DNA from: an uncultured Alphaproteobacteria bacterium
GTDB lineage: Bacteria; Pseudomonadota; Alphaproteobacteria; Sphingomonadales; Sphingomonadaceae
DNA length: 64,000 nt
Assembly: GCA_963754245.1 (NCBI GenBank)
Contig: CAVWET010000002.1
Coordinates: forward strand, 178,318-242,317
Direction of reading: 5' to 3'
Part shown: one piece after another, positions 49,344-58,735 of the stretch
Position numbering within the stretch: position 1 is the stretch's first letter
Layout: every line of letters starts with the position of its first letter
Notes under the pieces: generated by a model
The model's database searches: none
Told to the model about the DNA's origin: nothing
The model's input: only the letters and a program-made list of their open reading frames with translations
Position numbers and translations under genes: made by a program

Positions 49344-49760
49344 ATGATTGTTTTACTGGCGGCATCTTCGATCACTCTGGCGGCCCTTCAAGCTTCGATC
49401 AATGCACCGCGTGATGCGTTCCGGAACTGCCTCAAGGAAGCCACGAACAAGGCGACCAACGAGAAGGTCACGTCCGACGCTTACGGAGCCTATGTGCGGG
49501 CTGCCTGCAGCAACGAGGTTGGCTCGTTCAAGGGCGCCGTGGTCAAGTTCGACATGGGCAACAAGATGTCCAAAAAAGCGTCCGACGAGGATGCGGATTC
49601 GATGATCGCGGATTTCGTCGATAGCTCGCTCGAACGGTATAAATATGTGACGGCCGGTAGCTCGGCGCCCAAGCAGGCTGCAGCTGCAGCTCCTCCTGCA
49701 ACAGCGGCGCCTACGCCGCCGCCGCCGATACCGGCAGCTGCTCCGGCAACCCCGAAGTAG
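49344..49760 (+). CDS. Hypothetical secreted protein with Ala/Pro-rich C-terminus
   Basis: It has a short signal-like N-terminus (MIVLLAASSITLAALQA), two Cys, and the tail AAAAAPPATAAPTPPPPIPAAAPATPK. It overlaps the hemW 3' end by 50 nt. Confidence 0.5.
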   Translation: MIVLLAASSITLAALQASINAPRDAFRNCLKEATNKATNEKVTSDAYGAYVRAACSNEVGSFKGAVVKFDMGNKMSKKASDEDADSMIADFVDSSLERYKYVTAGSSAPKQAAAAAPPATAAPTPPPPIPAAAPATPK

Positions 49761-50901
49761 GACTTGCGACGGCAATTTCCGCTAGGATGTGATCGAGCAA
49801 TAGCCGTCCCGCTGCGGTGGGCGCGATTCGGGTTCCGACACGCGTGAGGTGACCGGACGCGACGAGCCGGTCGACCTTGGGCCAATTGACGATAGCTCCG
49901 AGGCCGAAGCGAGTGGCTATAGCTTGGGCGTCGATGCCTTCGGTGAGCCGCAAGCCCATCACCAGCGCCTCGTCGGCGCCTTCCTGCGCTGACAACACAG
50001 CTTCCTCCCCGATGCCATGGCCGTTGCGCGGCACTGCGGACAGGAAGTTCTCCGGCTTCCGGTGACGAACGGTGCGCATGCCAAGGCGCCGTCCGTGCGC
50101 ACCCGGGCCGACGCCCGCATAGTCGCCGTAGCGCCAGTAGGTGAGATTGTGCCGGCTCTCGCGGCCCCGGCGGGCGTAATTGCTGATCTCGTACGCGGGC
50201 AGGCCTGCTTCGGACGTCATAGCGTCGGTCACCTCGTAAAGTTTCGCCGCCGTGTCGGCATCGAGCGGCTCGAGTTCGCCCCAGGCAACCATCGAAGCAA
50301 ATCGTGTCCCCGGCTCGATTGTGAGCTGGTACAGCGACAGGTGCCGCGTACCGAGCGTCAGTGCCTGAGCAAGAGTAACGGACCAGCTATCTTCCGTCTC
50401 ACCGGGGAGACCGTAGATGAGATCAAAGCTGACGCGGTTGAAGTTTTTCTGCGCGGTTTCGAGCGCGGCGAAGCCTTCGCCCGCCGAGTGAGCGCGACCG
50501 AGGAACGCGAGAGCATCGTCATCGAAGCTCTGCAGGCCGAGCGAGACGCGGTTGACCCCGGCTGTCGCGAGATCTGAGAACCGGGCCGCCTCGACCGAAT
50601 TCGGGTTCGCCTCGAGTGTGATCTCGAGGTTGTCGGCGGCCTGCCAGTGATCGGTGGCAGCATCGATGATCGCCGCAGCCGTCGACGGATCCATCAGCGA
50701 CGGCGTACCGCCGCCGAAAAAGATCGAAGTCAGCTTCCGGTCTGGCAGCAGCCGCGCCTCGTGTGCGAGGTCGGCCAGTAACGCATTGCGCCATTCGTCC
50801 TGGTCGATGCTCGCACGCACATGGCTGTTGAAGTCGCAGTAAGGGCATTTGCTGACGCAAAACGGCCAATGCACGTAAAGCGCGAGCGGCTCGGCGCTCA
50901 T
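49711..50901 (-). CDS. hemW: Radical SAM heme chaperone HemW
   Basis: LYVHWPFCVSKCPYCDF is the CxxxCxxC motif, and a HemN-C-like C-terminus follows. Confidence 0.9.
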   Translation of the reverse strand: MSAEPLALYVHWPFCVSKCPYCDFNSHVRASIDQDEWRNALLADLAHEARLLPDRKLTSIFFGGGTPSLMDPSTAAAIIDAATDHWQAADNLEITLEANPNSVEAARFSDLATAGVNRVSLGLQSFDDDALAFLGRAHSAGEGFAALETAQKNFNRVSFDLIYGLPGETEDSWSVTLAQALTLGTRHLSLYQLTIEPGTRFASMVAWGELEPLDADTAAKLYEVTDAMTSEAGLPAYEISNYARRGRESRHNLTYWRYGDYAGVGPGAHGRRLGMRTVRHRKPENFLSAVPRNGHGIGEEAVLSAQEGADEALVMGLRLTEGIDAQAIATRFGLGAIVNWPKVDRLVASGHLTRVGTRIAPTAAGRLLLDHILAEIAVASPTSGLPEQLPVSAAAA

Positions 50902-51509
50902 TCGTTGAGCGCCATTACGAGCTTGCGGAAGGCGTCGGCGCGGTGGCTGATGCTATGCTTCAGCTCAGGGGCGAGCTCGCCGAACGTTTGCTCATAGCCG
51001 ACCGGCACGAACATCGGGTCGTAGCCGAAACCGCGATCGCCCCGGGGTGGCCAGACGAGAGTGCCGTCCACGCGTCCGTCGAACGTCTCCGTCTGGCCAT
51101 CGTTCGGCCAGGCGATTGCAAGCGAGCAGATGAAATGAGCGGCCGGAGCGGCGTCGGGTTCGGCAGCCTCGACTCCTCGCCAGACCTTCTCCATCGCCCG
51201 CATCCAGTCGCGGTTGCCTTCTTCGTCCTCGGCCCACCGCGCCGAAAAGATGCCCGGCCGGCCCTGCAGGGCATCGACGCACAGGCCGCTATCGTCAGCG
51301 AGGGCAGGGAGACCGGACAAATCGGCCGCTTCGCGCGCCTTCAGGTCCGCATTGTCAGCAAACGTGTTGCCGATCTCATCCGGCTCCGGAAGCCCGAGTT
51401 CCTCCGCGCCGACACAGGCGATGCCAAGCGGCTCGATCAAAGCGGCAATCTCACGCAGCTTGCCAGGATTGTGGGTCGCGATGACGAGTTTGTCGCCGAT
51501 CGGCCTCAT
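50898..51509 (-). CDS. rdgB: Non-canonical purine NTP pyrophosphatase RdgB/HAM1
   Basis: [14 protein letters not shown] and GFGYDPMF are present. There are ATGA overlaps with rph upstream and hemW downstream. Confidence 0.9.
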   Translation of the reverse strand: MRPIGDKLVIATHNPGKLREIAALIEPLGIACVGAEELGLPEPDEIGNTFADNADLKAREAADLSGLPALADDSGLCVDALQGRPGIFSARWAEDEEGNRDWMRAMEKVWRGVEAAEPDAAPAAHFICSLAIAWPNDGQTETFDGRVDGTLVWPPRGDRGFGYDPMFVPVGYEQTFGELAPELKHSISHRADAFRKLVMALNE

Positions 51510-52222
51510 GCGGCCGCCGCTTGCAATTGAGCCGCGAATATCTCCGAACAGCCGATGCGGGCGAGGCGAAGAAGCCGGAGGAGGCCTTCTTCGTCGTAGC
51601 ATTCCCCCTCAGCAGTCACCTGGGCTTCGACGATCGAGCCGTCCGCGGTGAGCACGAAATTGCCGTCGCAGCCGGCCTGGCTGTCCTCCTCATAATCGAG
51701 GTCGAGCACAGGCGTTCCGTTGTGGATACCGCAACTCACCGCTGCCACCTGGGTGCGGATCGGGTCCACGGAAAGATTTTTGCTCTGCAGCAGCTTGTTC
51801 ACCGCGATGCGAAGTGCGACCCATCCGCCGGAGATGGACGCCGTGCGAGTGCCGCCATCCGCCTGGATCACATCGCAGTCGACGGTGATCTGGCGTTCGC
51901 CGAGCTTCGGAAGCTCGACGACGGCGCGCAGCGAACGTCCGATCAACCGCTGGATCTCCTGAGTCCGGCCTGACTGCTTGCCCTTGGCCGCCTCGCGATT
52001 GCCGCGCGTGTGCGTCGCTCGAGGTAACATCCCGTACTCTGCCGTGACCCAGCCCTGGCCCTTGCCGCGAAGAAACGGAGGTACCTTCTCCTCCACGCTG
52101 GCGGTGCAGAGGACGCGTGTGTCTCCGAAGCTGACGAGGCAGGACCCTTCGGCGTGGCGGGTAAAGCCTGGCTCGAACCTGAGTTCGCGCATTTGGTCGG
52201 GGGAACGACCGGACGGACGCAT
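51506..52222 (-). CDS. rph: Ribonuclease PH
   Basis: [42 protein letters not shown] is present. Confidence 0.93.
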   Translation of the reverse strand: MRPSGRSPDQMRELRFEPGFTRHAEGSCLVSFGDTRVLCTASVEEKVPPFLRGKGQGWVTAEYGMLPRATHTRGNREAAKGKQSGRTQEIQRLIGRSLRAVVELPKLGERQITVDCDVIQADGGTRTASISGGWVALRIAVNKLLQSKNLSVDPIRTQVAAVSCGIHNGTPVLDLDYEEDSQAGCDGNFVLTADGSIVEAQVTAEGECYDEEGLLRLLRLARIGCSEIFAAQLQAAAA

Positions 52223-52280
52223 AGACTTCTCCTGATACTGGTGCGGGCCGTCCCTAGACCGCTGGGCGCGGCAATCCTAG

Positions 52281-53324
52281 ATGGATCGGATGGGGCCACC
52301 GATCGGAGAGCTGACGGACCGCATGCGGGACATCTTTGGTCTCGTGGTCGACACGTATCTCGAACGCGGAATCCCGGTCGGCTCCAAGGCGCTGACTGGC
52401 TCGATCAACCTATCACCGGCGTCGATCCGCAGTGTAATGCAGGAGCTGGAGGAGAGGGGGCTCCTCACGCACCCGCACACCTCCGCGGGGCGGATTCCGA
52501 CCGAGAGCGGGCTTCGCCTTTTCGTCGATGGAATCATGCAGGCGGCTGCGCCCGACCCACGCGAGCGGCGCGAAATCGAGCGGCAAATCGTCCGTGACCA
52601 GCCGATTGAAGATGCACTCGCGGCTGCAACGTCCGCCCTGTCGGGTCTTTCGCATGCCGCCGGCGTGGTGCTCGCTCCAAAACATGAGATGCGGCTCCGG
52701 CAGCTTAATTTCGTGCCGCTCAACGACAGGCGCGCGCTCGCCGTACTGGTCGGGGCGGACGGAAGCGTTGAAAACCGCATCGTTTCGCTCGAAGCGGGCA
52801 CGGCGCCCTCGGCGCTGGTCGAAGTCAGCAATTTCATCAACGCTCGCCTTGCGGGCCTCACTCTTGCGGAAGCTGAAGCCCGCCTGCGCGCCGAGATCCG
52901 GGATCGCAAGGAAGCGATCGATTCCGCAGCCGCCGAGCTGGTCGCTTCCGGCCTTGCCGCATGGAGCCAGGACCATCAGCGTCGCCCGGTGCTGATCGTC
53001 CGTGGCCACGCGAACCTGATCGATGAGACAGCCGCCGAAGATCTGGACCGCGTTCGCCGTCTTCTCGACGAGCTCGAAGAGGCCCAGGAAATTGTCCGCC
53101 TGCTTGAAGGTGCCCGTGATGCTCCGGGCTGCCGGATCTTCATCGGTTCGGAAAACCGGATGTTTGCTCTATCGGGCTCCTCCGTCATCGCCGCGCCCTA
53201 TCGCGGGAGCCAGGGGGAGGTGGTCGGCGTTGTGGGAGTTATTGGGCCGACGCGGTTGAACTATGCGCGGGTGGTCCCCATGGTGGATTTTACAGCCAAA
53301 GCACTGACGAGATTGATGGCATGA
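52281..53324 (+). CDS. hrcA: Heat-inducible transcription repressor HrcA
   Basis: DIFGLVVDTYLERGIPVGSKAL is a wHTH. The hrcA-grpE synteny is present, with an ATGA overlap. Confidence 0.92.
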   Translation: MDRMGPPIGELTDRMRDIFGLVVDTYLERGIPVGSKALTGSINLSPASIRSVMQELEERGLLTHPHTSAGRIPTESGLRLFVDGIMQAAAPDPRERREIERQIVRDQPIEDALAAATSALSGLSHAAGVVLAPKHEMRLRQLNFVPLNDRRALAVLVGADGSVENRIVSLEAGTAPSALVEVSNFINARLAGLTLAEAEARLRAEIRDRKEAIDSAAAELVASGLAAWSQDHQRRPVLIVRGHANLIDETAAEDLDRVRRLLDELEEAQEIVRLLEGARDAPGCRIFIGSENRMFALSGSSVIAAPYRGSQGEVVGVVGVIGPTRLNYARVVPMVDFTAKALTRLMA

Positions 53325-53869
53325 CCGAAGACGGAAAGCTGCACGACGAAGCGGAAGAGCTCCGCAACGAAACCGCACAGGGCGCGCCGGAGCTGCGCGA
53401 GCACGACCACGTCGCCGAACTCGAAAAGCAGCTCGAGGACGCGAAGAACAAAGCGCTCTACGCCGCGGCAGAAACGCAAAACGTGCGGCGCCGCCTTGAG
53501 AGCGAGTTGCAGCAGGCGACGAGCTATGCTGCGGCGAACTTCGCACGCGATATGCTGGCGATCAAAGATCATCTCGAAAGGGCGCTCGCCGCTGTCACGG
53601 ACGAACTGCGTCAGGACAAGGTCGCGAGCCAGTTCCTTGCGGGCATCGAGGCGACCGGGCGGGAGCTTGAGGCAGCTTTGACACGGCACGGCATCACCCG
53701 CATTCCTGCAAAGGGAGAAAAGCTCGATCCCCACCGCCATCAGGCGATGGTCGAGGTACCGAGCGACGCCGAACCGGGCACGATCATCGAAGAAATGCAG
53801 CCCGGCTACATGATGAAGGATCGGCTGCTCCGGCCTGCGCTCGTCGCAGTGGCCAAAAAACCCGACTAA
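53321..53869 (+). CDS. grpE: Nucleotide exchange factor GrpE
   Basis: ALYAAAETQNVRRR and the C-terminal GYMMKDRLLRPALV are present. Confidence 0.92.
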   Translation: MTEDGKLHDEAEELRNETAQGAPELREHDHVAELEKQLEDAKNKALYAAAETQNVRRRLESELQQATSYAAANFARDMLAIKDHLERALAAVTDELRQDKVASQFLAGIEATGRELEAALTRHGITRIPAKGEKLDPHRHQAMVEVPSDAEPGTIIEEMQPGYMMKDRLLRPALVAVAKKPD

Positions 53870-55107
53870 TGCACTTCGCGGTGGTGGACCTCGCTCTTGC
53901 TTGCGAGGCTGAACCGCGGCTCCAACTTGCCCGATCCGAGTAGCCGGTCGGCGGCATAACGGCCGACCTCGGGCCCATGCTTGAAACCGTGCCCCGAGCC
54001 CCCTCCGACCAGCAGCACATTTTTCAGCTGAGGGTGGAAGTCGATCAGGAAATCGCCGTTAGAGCTGTTCTCATATTGGCAGACGCGCGCTTCGGTTAGC
54101 GGTGCGCCCTTGAGCAGAGGGAACCGGCGGTCACGGAAGGCGATAATCTCGGCAAGCGCCGCCTGCGTCGGACGCCGGTCCTGCGTGTCAGGATCCACCT
54201 CCGCTCCATGCTGGTCGTGCGCGAACTTGACGCCCCGGTTCTCGAGATCGGGGAAGCCGTAGAAGATGTCCCCTTCATTGAAATCGGCCCAACCCGGCAT
54301 GAGGTCGGGCGAGAAGCGGCGATCGCCGGCGGGCGGAGCGAAGAAGAACACCTCCTGGCGCGTCGGCAGGATGCGGGGGCCGATGACATCGGGAAAGAGC
54401 TTGGGCAGCCACGGACCGGCCGCGAAAACGAAGCGGTCGGCGCTGATGCGTTCGCCATTCGCCAGATCGAGCGTCTTCAGCTCGGATCCCATTGCCGGGG
54501 GCGGTCGAACCTCACCCTTTACATAGGTGCCACCACGCTGGACGAAGACGTCGGCGAGCACCTGCACGGATCGACGTGCCATCAGGGCGCCGAACCCAGG
54601 CTCGTAGAGACCGACGTCAACGCCGTCGAAGGCGATCATCGGGAACTTCCGCGTCATCTCGGCACGATCGAGCGCCTGGGTCGGCGCTCCGATCTCCTTA
54701 TGCGCCGCAAGGCTGTCGCGGACGTATTGCTCCTCTCGCGGGAAGAAGAAGAGGATTCCGCATTCGTGAAAGATTGGAAGGCCCGACACGGCATTGAGCG
54801 CCTTCCATTCGCGCAGGCTGTCGAGCGCCATGCGGGTGTAGATCGCGTCCTTGCCGTAGGCGCCTCGCGTCAGCCGGGATTCGCCTCCTGAGGAAGCGCG
54901 GGAATGGGCTGGGCCCCACGCGTCGACCAGTGTGACCTTGTGGCCCTTTCGGAGCAGGTGGACGGCCGTCCAGGTGCCGAAGACCCCTGCGCCGATCACC
55001 GCAACGTGATCCTTCATGGCGTTCTTGTAGGTCTTGGCGACCGCCGGCGAAACGGCAGCGCCGCCCGCCCCAATGAGGAGCGAGCGGCGCGATACCTTCA
55101 ATGCCAC
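53866..55107 (-). CDS. Tat-signal FAD-dependent oxidoreductase (DAO / sarcosine-oxidase-like)
   Basis: The twin-arginine leader is MALKVSRRSLLIGAGGAAVSPAVA. HVAVIGAGVFGTWTAVHLLRKGHKVTLVD is the FAD-binding Rossmann motif. The gene starts 5 nt after the TBDR stop. Confidence 0.85.
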   Translation of the reverse strand: MALKVSRRSLLIGAGGAAVSPAVAKTYKNAMKDHVAVIGAGVFGTWTAVHLLRKGHKVTLVDAWGPAHSRASSGGESRLTRGAYGKDAIYTRMALDSLREWKALNAVSGLPIFHECGILFFFPREEQYVRDSLAAHKEIGAPTQALDRAEMTRKFPMIAFDGVDVGLYEPGFGALMARRSVQVLADVFVQRGGTYVKGEVRPPPAMGSELKTLDLANGERISADRFVFAAGPWLPKLFPDVIGPRILPTRQEVFFFAPPAGDRRFSPDLMPGWADFNEGDIFYGFPDLENRGVKFAHDQHGAEVDPDTQDRRPTQAALAEIIAFRDRRFPLLKGAPLTEARVCQYENSSNGDFLIDFHPQLKNVLLVGGGSGHGFKHGPEVGRYAADRLLGSGKLEPRFSLASKSEVHHREVH

Positions 55108-55112
55108 CTAGA

Positions 55113-57719
55113 TCAGCCGCGCTCAGGCGCTGCCGGAGGCGGCGGCGGAGGAGGCGCGGCCGGGCACGTTGCCGTCGCCGCGATCACTGATCCGTCGGGG
55201 CACGTCTGCGTCGCCGGCGGCGGCGGAGCAGGCGGAGGAGCCGGGGGCGGCGGCGGGGCGGGATGCGTCCCGAACGACTTTCGCACCAGAAGTCCGATCG
55301 TGCGCGGCTGGCCGACGTTATAGCCAATCCGCGCTCTCAGGCCCCGTTCACGATCGAGCGACAGCCTTGGATCCGAGTCGAAGATATTCTTGGCGTAGGC
55401 GGAGATCTCCAAGCCGCTGTCCCAACGAAGGCCGAGCGACGCGTTGACAAGCGTGTATGGCCGCAGCGGGAACGTCCCGAGCGGGGTCGTAACGGCGCCT
55501 GCGGCGCCCGTCACAGGATCGAAGAACGTGAGGTCGATGGGACCCGCCGGCTCTTGGTCGGCTGGTTGCGTGTATCGGCTCCCGACCCGCTGAACGCTTC
55601 CGTTCACATACCACTGACCGGTCGCACTGAACGGCTGCTCATAGTTGGCCGTGACTGCGAACTGGTATTTCGGCACGACGGGGAGGCGGTTGCCGTCACG
55701 AATGCCGCCGATCACCCCGGGCGGGGTCCCACCGATCAACGTCGAATCGAATTTCGAGTTGAGCAAACTGCCGGCGAACGAGAAGTCGAGGCCTGGAAGC
55801 GGGTGAACCGCGAATTCGGCCTCTAGCCCCTCGCTATGGGCTTTCGGAACGTTGAACACCACACGCGACGAACACGTGCCGGCGGTCACCGTCACCTGAA
55901 GGTTCTTGATGTCCGCGTAAAAAGCGGCGGCGTTGAAGGTTATGATCCCTTTTGAATATTTTACGCCCGCTTCGTAGTTCCAGAGTGTCTCGTCCTTATA
56001 TTTCTGGAACCCGCCGAACGTGGTGATGTCCGTTCCTTGGCATAGCGGCACGTTGAGTGGGTCGTTCACGCCGCCGAGACGAAAGCCCTTGGCGACCTGG
56101 AGATTGACGCTGAGGCTCCTGTCCGGTTCCCAACTGACGATACCACGCGGGTTGAAGCCGTTCGACTTGGTCTTGTTCACCTGGTCGTCGGTGTTCGAGA
56201 AGAATCCGCCCGAATGAAAGCGCCGTTCTTCCGTGAAGTCGTACCACCGGCCGCCGGCCGTGGCTTTGAATTGTCCAAACTTATAGCTGGCTTCGCCGAA
56301 CAGAGCCTTCTGCGTATCCACGTAAGGCAAGTCGGCGTGATAGGGATTGTCGACTAAGCCGAAGCCGTTGTCGAAATCTGCGGCGGTCAACGGTAGTCCG
56401 CCAGGTCCGCAGTCGGCTGGAGTGCTCGCGCAGTCTGCGGCGAGGAACTGGTTCAGGAACACGTCATATCCTGGGGTGGGCAGACGCTGGTGGTAGGTGC
56501 GGTGAACCTTGCTGTAGAAGCCGCCAAACACCCACTGAAACGGTCCCGAACTCGTAGATGCAAGCCGGAGCTCCTGCGTGAACTGGTTCAGCTGTGTGGT
56601 GTCGCGCAGGTTAGAGACGAGATCATCGCCAGCGGGAGGGAAGCCGAGGTCGACGCTTACGGAGCCCGTGAGCGCGGATGCATCGCGGCTGACCAGGATT
56701 TTGCGGATCAACTTGCTCGTCACCGAAGTGAGTTCCACCGGGCCAAAATCGTAGCTGCCGGTAAGGTCCATCAGAAAGGTCTTGTCGCTGAAATGCTCGC
56801 GCTTTTTCAGATATTGCGTCCGATCGCCCAGGTCGGTTCCCGCCGCCCCGGTGGTGAACTGGTTGTCGAACAGGATGTAATGGTCTTCGCGGTTAAACCC
56901 GCCTGCCGTTACTTTCTGATAGACAAGGCGCGGCGTGATTTTGATCTCGGGTGCCGGCTGCCAAAGGATCGAAACGCGCGTGCCGTAGCGATCGCCGTCG
57001 TTGACGTTCTTCTTATGAAACGGTCCGACAGAATCGATGAAGCCGCCGAAGTGCGTGTTGTAGCCGACGACGCGCAGCGCTGCCGTGTTCGCGAAGGGCA
57101 CGTTGAAGGCGGCCTTGGTGTCCCAACCAATGCTGCCGCCTTTAAGAAAGTTGACGCCTGCTTCCGCCGAACCTTCCACCCGATCCAGTCTTGGCTGATT
57201 GGTGATGTAGCGAATGGTGCCGCCGACTGAGCCGGAACCAAATAGAGTCCCCTGTGGTCCACGCAGCGTCTCGACACGGTTGAGGTCGAAAAGGTCGAAG
57301 TCGGGCGTGAATAGCGAGACCGAAACACCGCTTTCGTCGAGGTACACCCCAACCTGCTCCTTTACGCCAGGCTGGTCGCGAACGACTTCACCCGCCGACA
57401 CACCGCGGATCGAAACCTGGCTCTGGCCGGGGCCTGAATTTTGGACCGTGAGGGCCGCGACGTTGCGGCTGATGTCCTCGAGCGTCTGCGCATGCGCGCG
57501 CTGAATATCCGCTTCGGTCTGCGCGTTGATTGAGAACGGCACGTCCTGGACGCGCGATGCGCGTTTCGTGGCGGTAACGATAATGTCCGCGCCCGATTGG
57601 TAGGCAGGAGGCTGTGGATTTGCCGCCTGCGCGGCGGCCTCCTGGTTCGTCTGTGCCGAGGCCGAGACTGCGGACGCAAATACAGAAGTGCCGATCAGCA
57701 GAGTTGCTGGAATGCGCAT
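55113..57719 (-). CDS. TonB-dependent outer-membrane receptor with atypical Pro-rich C-terminal extension
   Basis: It has a signal peptide, a TonB box (DIIVTATKR), a plug (VETLRGPQGTLFGSGSVGG) and a barrel ending ...RTIGLLVRKSF. That is followed by GTHPAPPPPPAPPPAPPPPATQTCPDGSVIAATATCPAAPPPPPPPAAPERG*. Confidence 0.9.
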   Translation of the reverse strand: MRIPATLLIGTSVFASAVSASAQTNQEAAAQAANPQPPAYQSGADIIVTATKRASRVQDVPFSINAQTEADIQRAHAQTLEDISRNVAALTVQNSGPGQSQVSIRGVSAGEVVRDQPGVKEQVGVYLDESGVSVSLFTPDFDLFDLNRVETLRGPQGTLFGSGSVGGTIRYITNQPRLDRVEGSAEAGVNFLKGGSIGWDTKAAFNVPFANTAALRVVGYNTHFGGFIDSVGPFHKKNVNDGDRYGTRVSILWQPAPEIKITPRLVYQKVTAGGFNREDHYILFDNQFTTGAAGTDLGDRTQYLKKREHFSDKTFLMDLTGSYDFGPVELTSVTSKLIRKILVSRDASALTGSVSVDLGFPPAGDDLVSNLRDTTQLNQFTQELRLASTSSGPFQWVFGGFYSKVHRTYHQRLPTPGYDVFLNQFLAADCASTPADCGPGGLPLTAADFDNGFGLVDNPYHADLPYVDTQKALFGEASYKFGQFKATAGGRWYDFTEERRFHSGGFFSNTDDQVNKTKSNGFNPRGIVSWEPDRSLSVNLQVAKGFRLGGVNDPLNVPLCQGTDITTFGGFQKYKDETLWNYEAGVKYSKGIITFNAAAFYADIKNLQVTVTAGTCSSRVVFNVPKAHSEGLEAEFAVHPLPGLDFSFAGSLLNSKFDSTLIGGTPPGVIGGIRDGNRLPVVPKYQFAVTANYEQPFSATGQWYVNGSVQRVGSRYTQPADQEPAGPIDLTFFDPVTGAAGAVTTPLGTFPLRPYTLVNASLGLRWDSGLEISAYAKNIFDSDPRLSLDRERGLRARIGYNVGQPRTIGLLVRKSFGTHPAPPPPPAPPPAPPPPATQTCPDGSVIAATATCPAAPPPPPPPAAPERG

Positions 57720-57848
57720 GCGAACCCCCCGTTCTTTTGCGATGTTGCGCTCGCGACATTATGCTGAAACAGCCTTGACGGAGGAATAGTGTCGGCCAGC
57801 GAACGTTACGTTCCTGCAAGGACCGTTGCACAATTGTGACAGCCTGGA

Positions 57849-58295
57849 TCAACGGAAGGGCAGCAACTCGCGAGGCGGCTCATGCGAAAGGCGGGCTCCA
57901 TGTTCCGCCAGGAAGACGTGGGTGACGATCTCCGCCTGCTGTTCCAAGCCATAGCGGTGGAAGGGTTTTTCCGGCTTGATCTCGTACGAATAACGGCAGA
58001 ACGGGTGGCGCATGAGCGGCAGGTAGAAGCGGCCTCTCGTCTGGGTCTGCCACACATGTGTCATCTCGTGAATGAAGAAGCCTTGGCGGCTGAGCGGCTC
58101 TCTCGAGAAATCGTCCGACCAGACTCCTCCATCGGGATGGAAGTAGATGTCGCCGGTAGGTGCCATGGCCGCATTGCGGGGGTGGAAGGGCCACCATTTG
58201 CCCTTGAACAGGCGCACTTGCGAATAATCGATCGCATCGCCGAATACGGAACACGCAAGCGCAACCTCGCCTGAGGTAAGAGGGCGGTTCAGCAT
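57849..58295 (-). CDS. Small HExxH protein ('Vgr-related protein' type annotation in alphaproteobacteria)
   Basis: MLNRPLTSGEVALACSVFGDAIDYSQVRLFKGKWWPF...FFIHEMTHVWQTQ carries an HExxH motif. The listed ORF N-terminus overlaps acpP on the other strand, so an internal start (58295 or 58352) is more likely. Confidence 0.6.
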   Translation of the reverse strand: MLNRPLTSGEVALACSVFGDAIDYSQVRLFKGKWWPFHPRNAAMAPTGDIYFHPDGGVWSDDFSREPLSRQGFFIHEMTHVWQTQTRGRFYLPLMRHPFCRYSYEIKPEKPFHRYGLEQQAEIVTHVFLAEHGARLSHEPPRELLPFR

Positions 58296-58392
58296 CGCTT
58301 CCGGGCTAGCGTCTGACGGCTCCGAGCGCCACTTGCAGCGTTCAAAGCGCATCGCTAGGGCAGCGCCAAAGCTATAACGGAGGAAGCCCCAC

Positions 58393-58629
58393 ATGAGCGA
58401 GACAGCCGATCGCGTGAAGAAGATCGTCGTCGAACATCTCGGCGTCGAGCCGGACAAGGTGACCGAGGACGCAAGCTTCATCGACGATCTCGGCGCCGAC
58501 AGCCTCGACATTGTCGAGCTTGTCATGGCCTTCGAGGAAGAGTTCGGCGTGGAGATCCCCGACGACGCCGCGGAGAAGATTACGACGGTTAGCGACGCGA
58601 TTACCTATATTGACCAGAACAAGGGCTGA
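58393..58629 (+). CDS. acpP: Acyl carrier protein
   Basis: [20 protein letters not shown] is the phosphopantetheine Ser motif, in a 78-aa product. Confidence 0.95.
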   Translation: MSETADRVKKIVVEHLGVEPDKVTEDASFIDDLGADSLDIVELVMAFEEEFGVEIPDDAAEKITTVSDAITYIDQNKG

Positions 58630-58676
58630 TCGGGTCCGCTGACCTGCCGCCACTAGCGCCGAAAGGCGGCACGAAC

Positions 58677-58711
58677 GGCTTCCCGAACCCTATCGGGAGG
58701 CCGTTTGTTTT
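58677..58711 (+). terminator. Rho-independent terminator / attenuator after acpP
   Basis: GGCTTCCCGA-ACCCTA-TCGGGAGGCC (one G.U pair) is followed by GTTTGTTTT. Confidence 0.6.
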
Positions 58712-58735
58712 GGAGGGACTGACGGAGTGGAATAT

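Noticed and set aside
54904-55323. 139-aa Gly-rich ORF (GGGGGGAAG...GGGGAGGGAGGGGGAG)
   Set aside because: It is the reverse-complement reading of the poly-Pro tail of the TBDR and the 5' end of the oxidase gene. It is not an independent gene.
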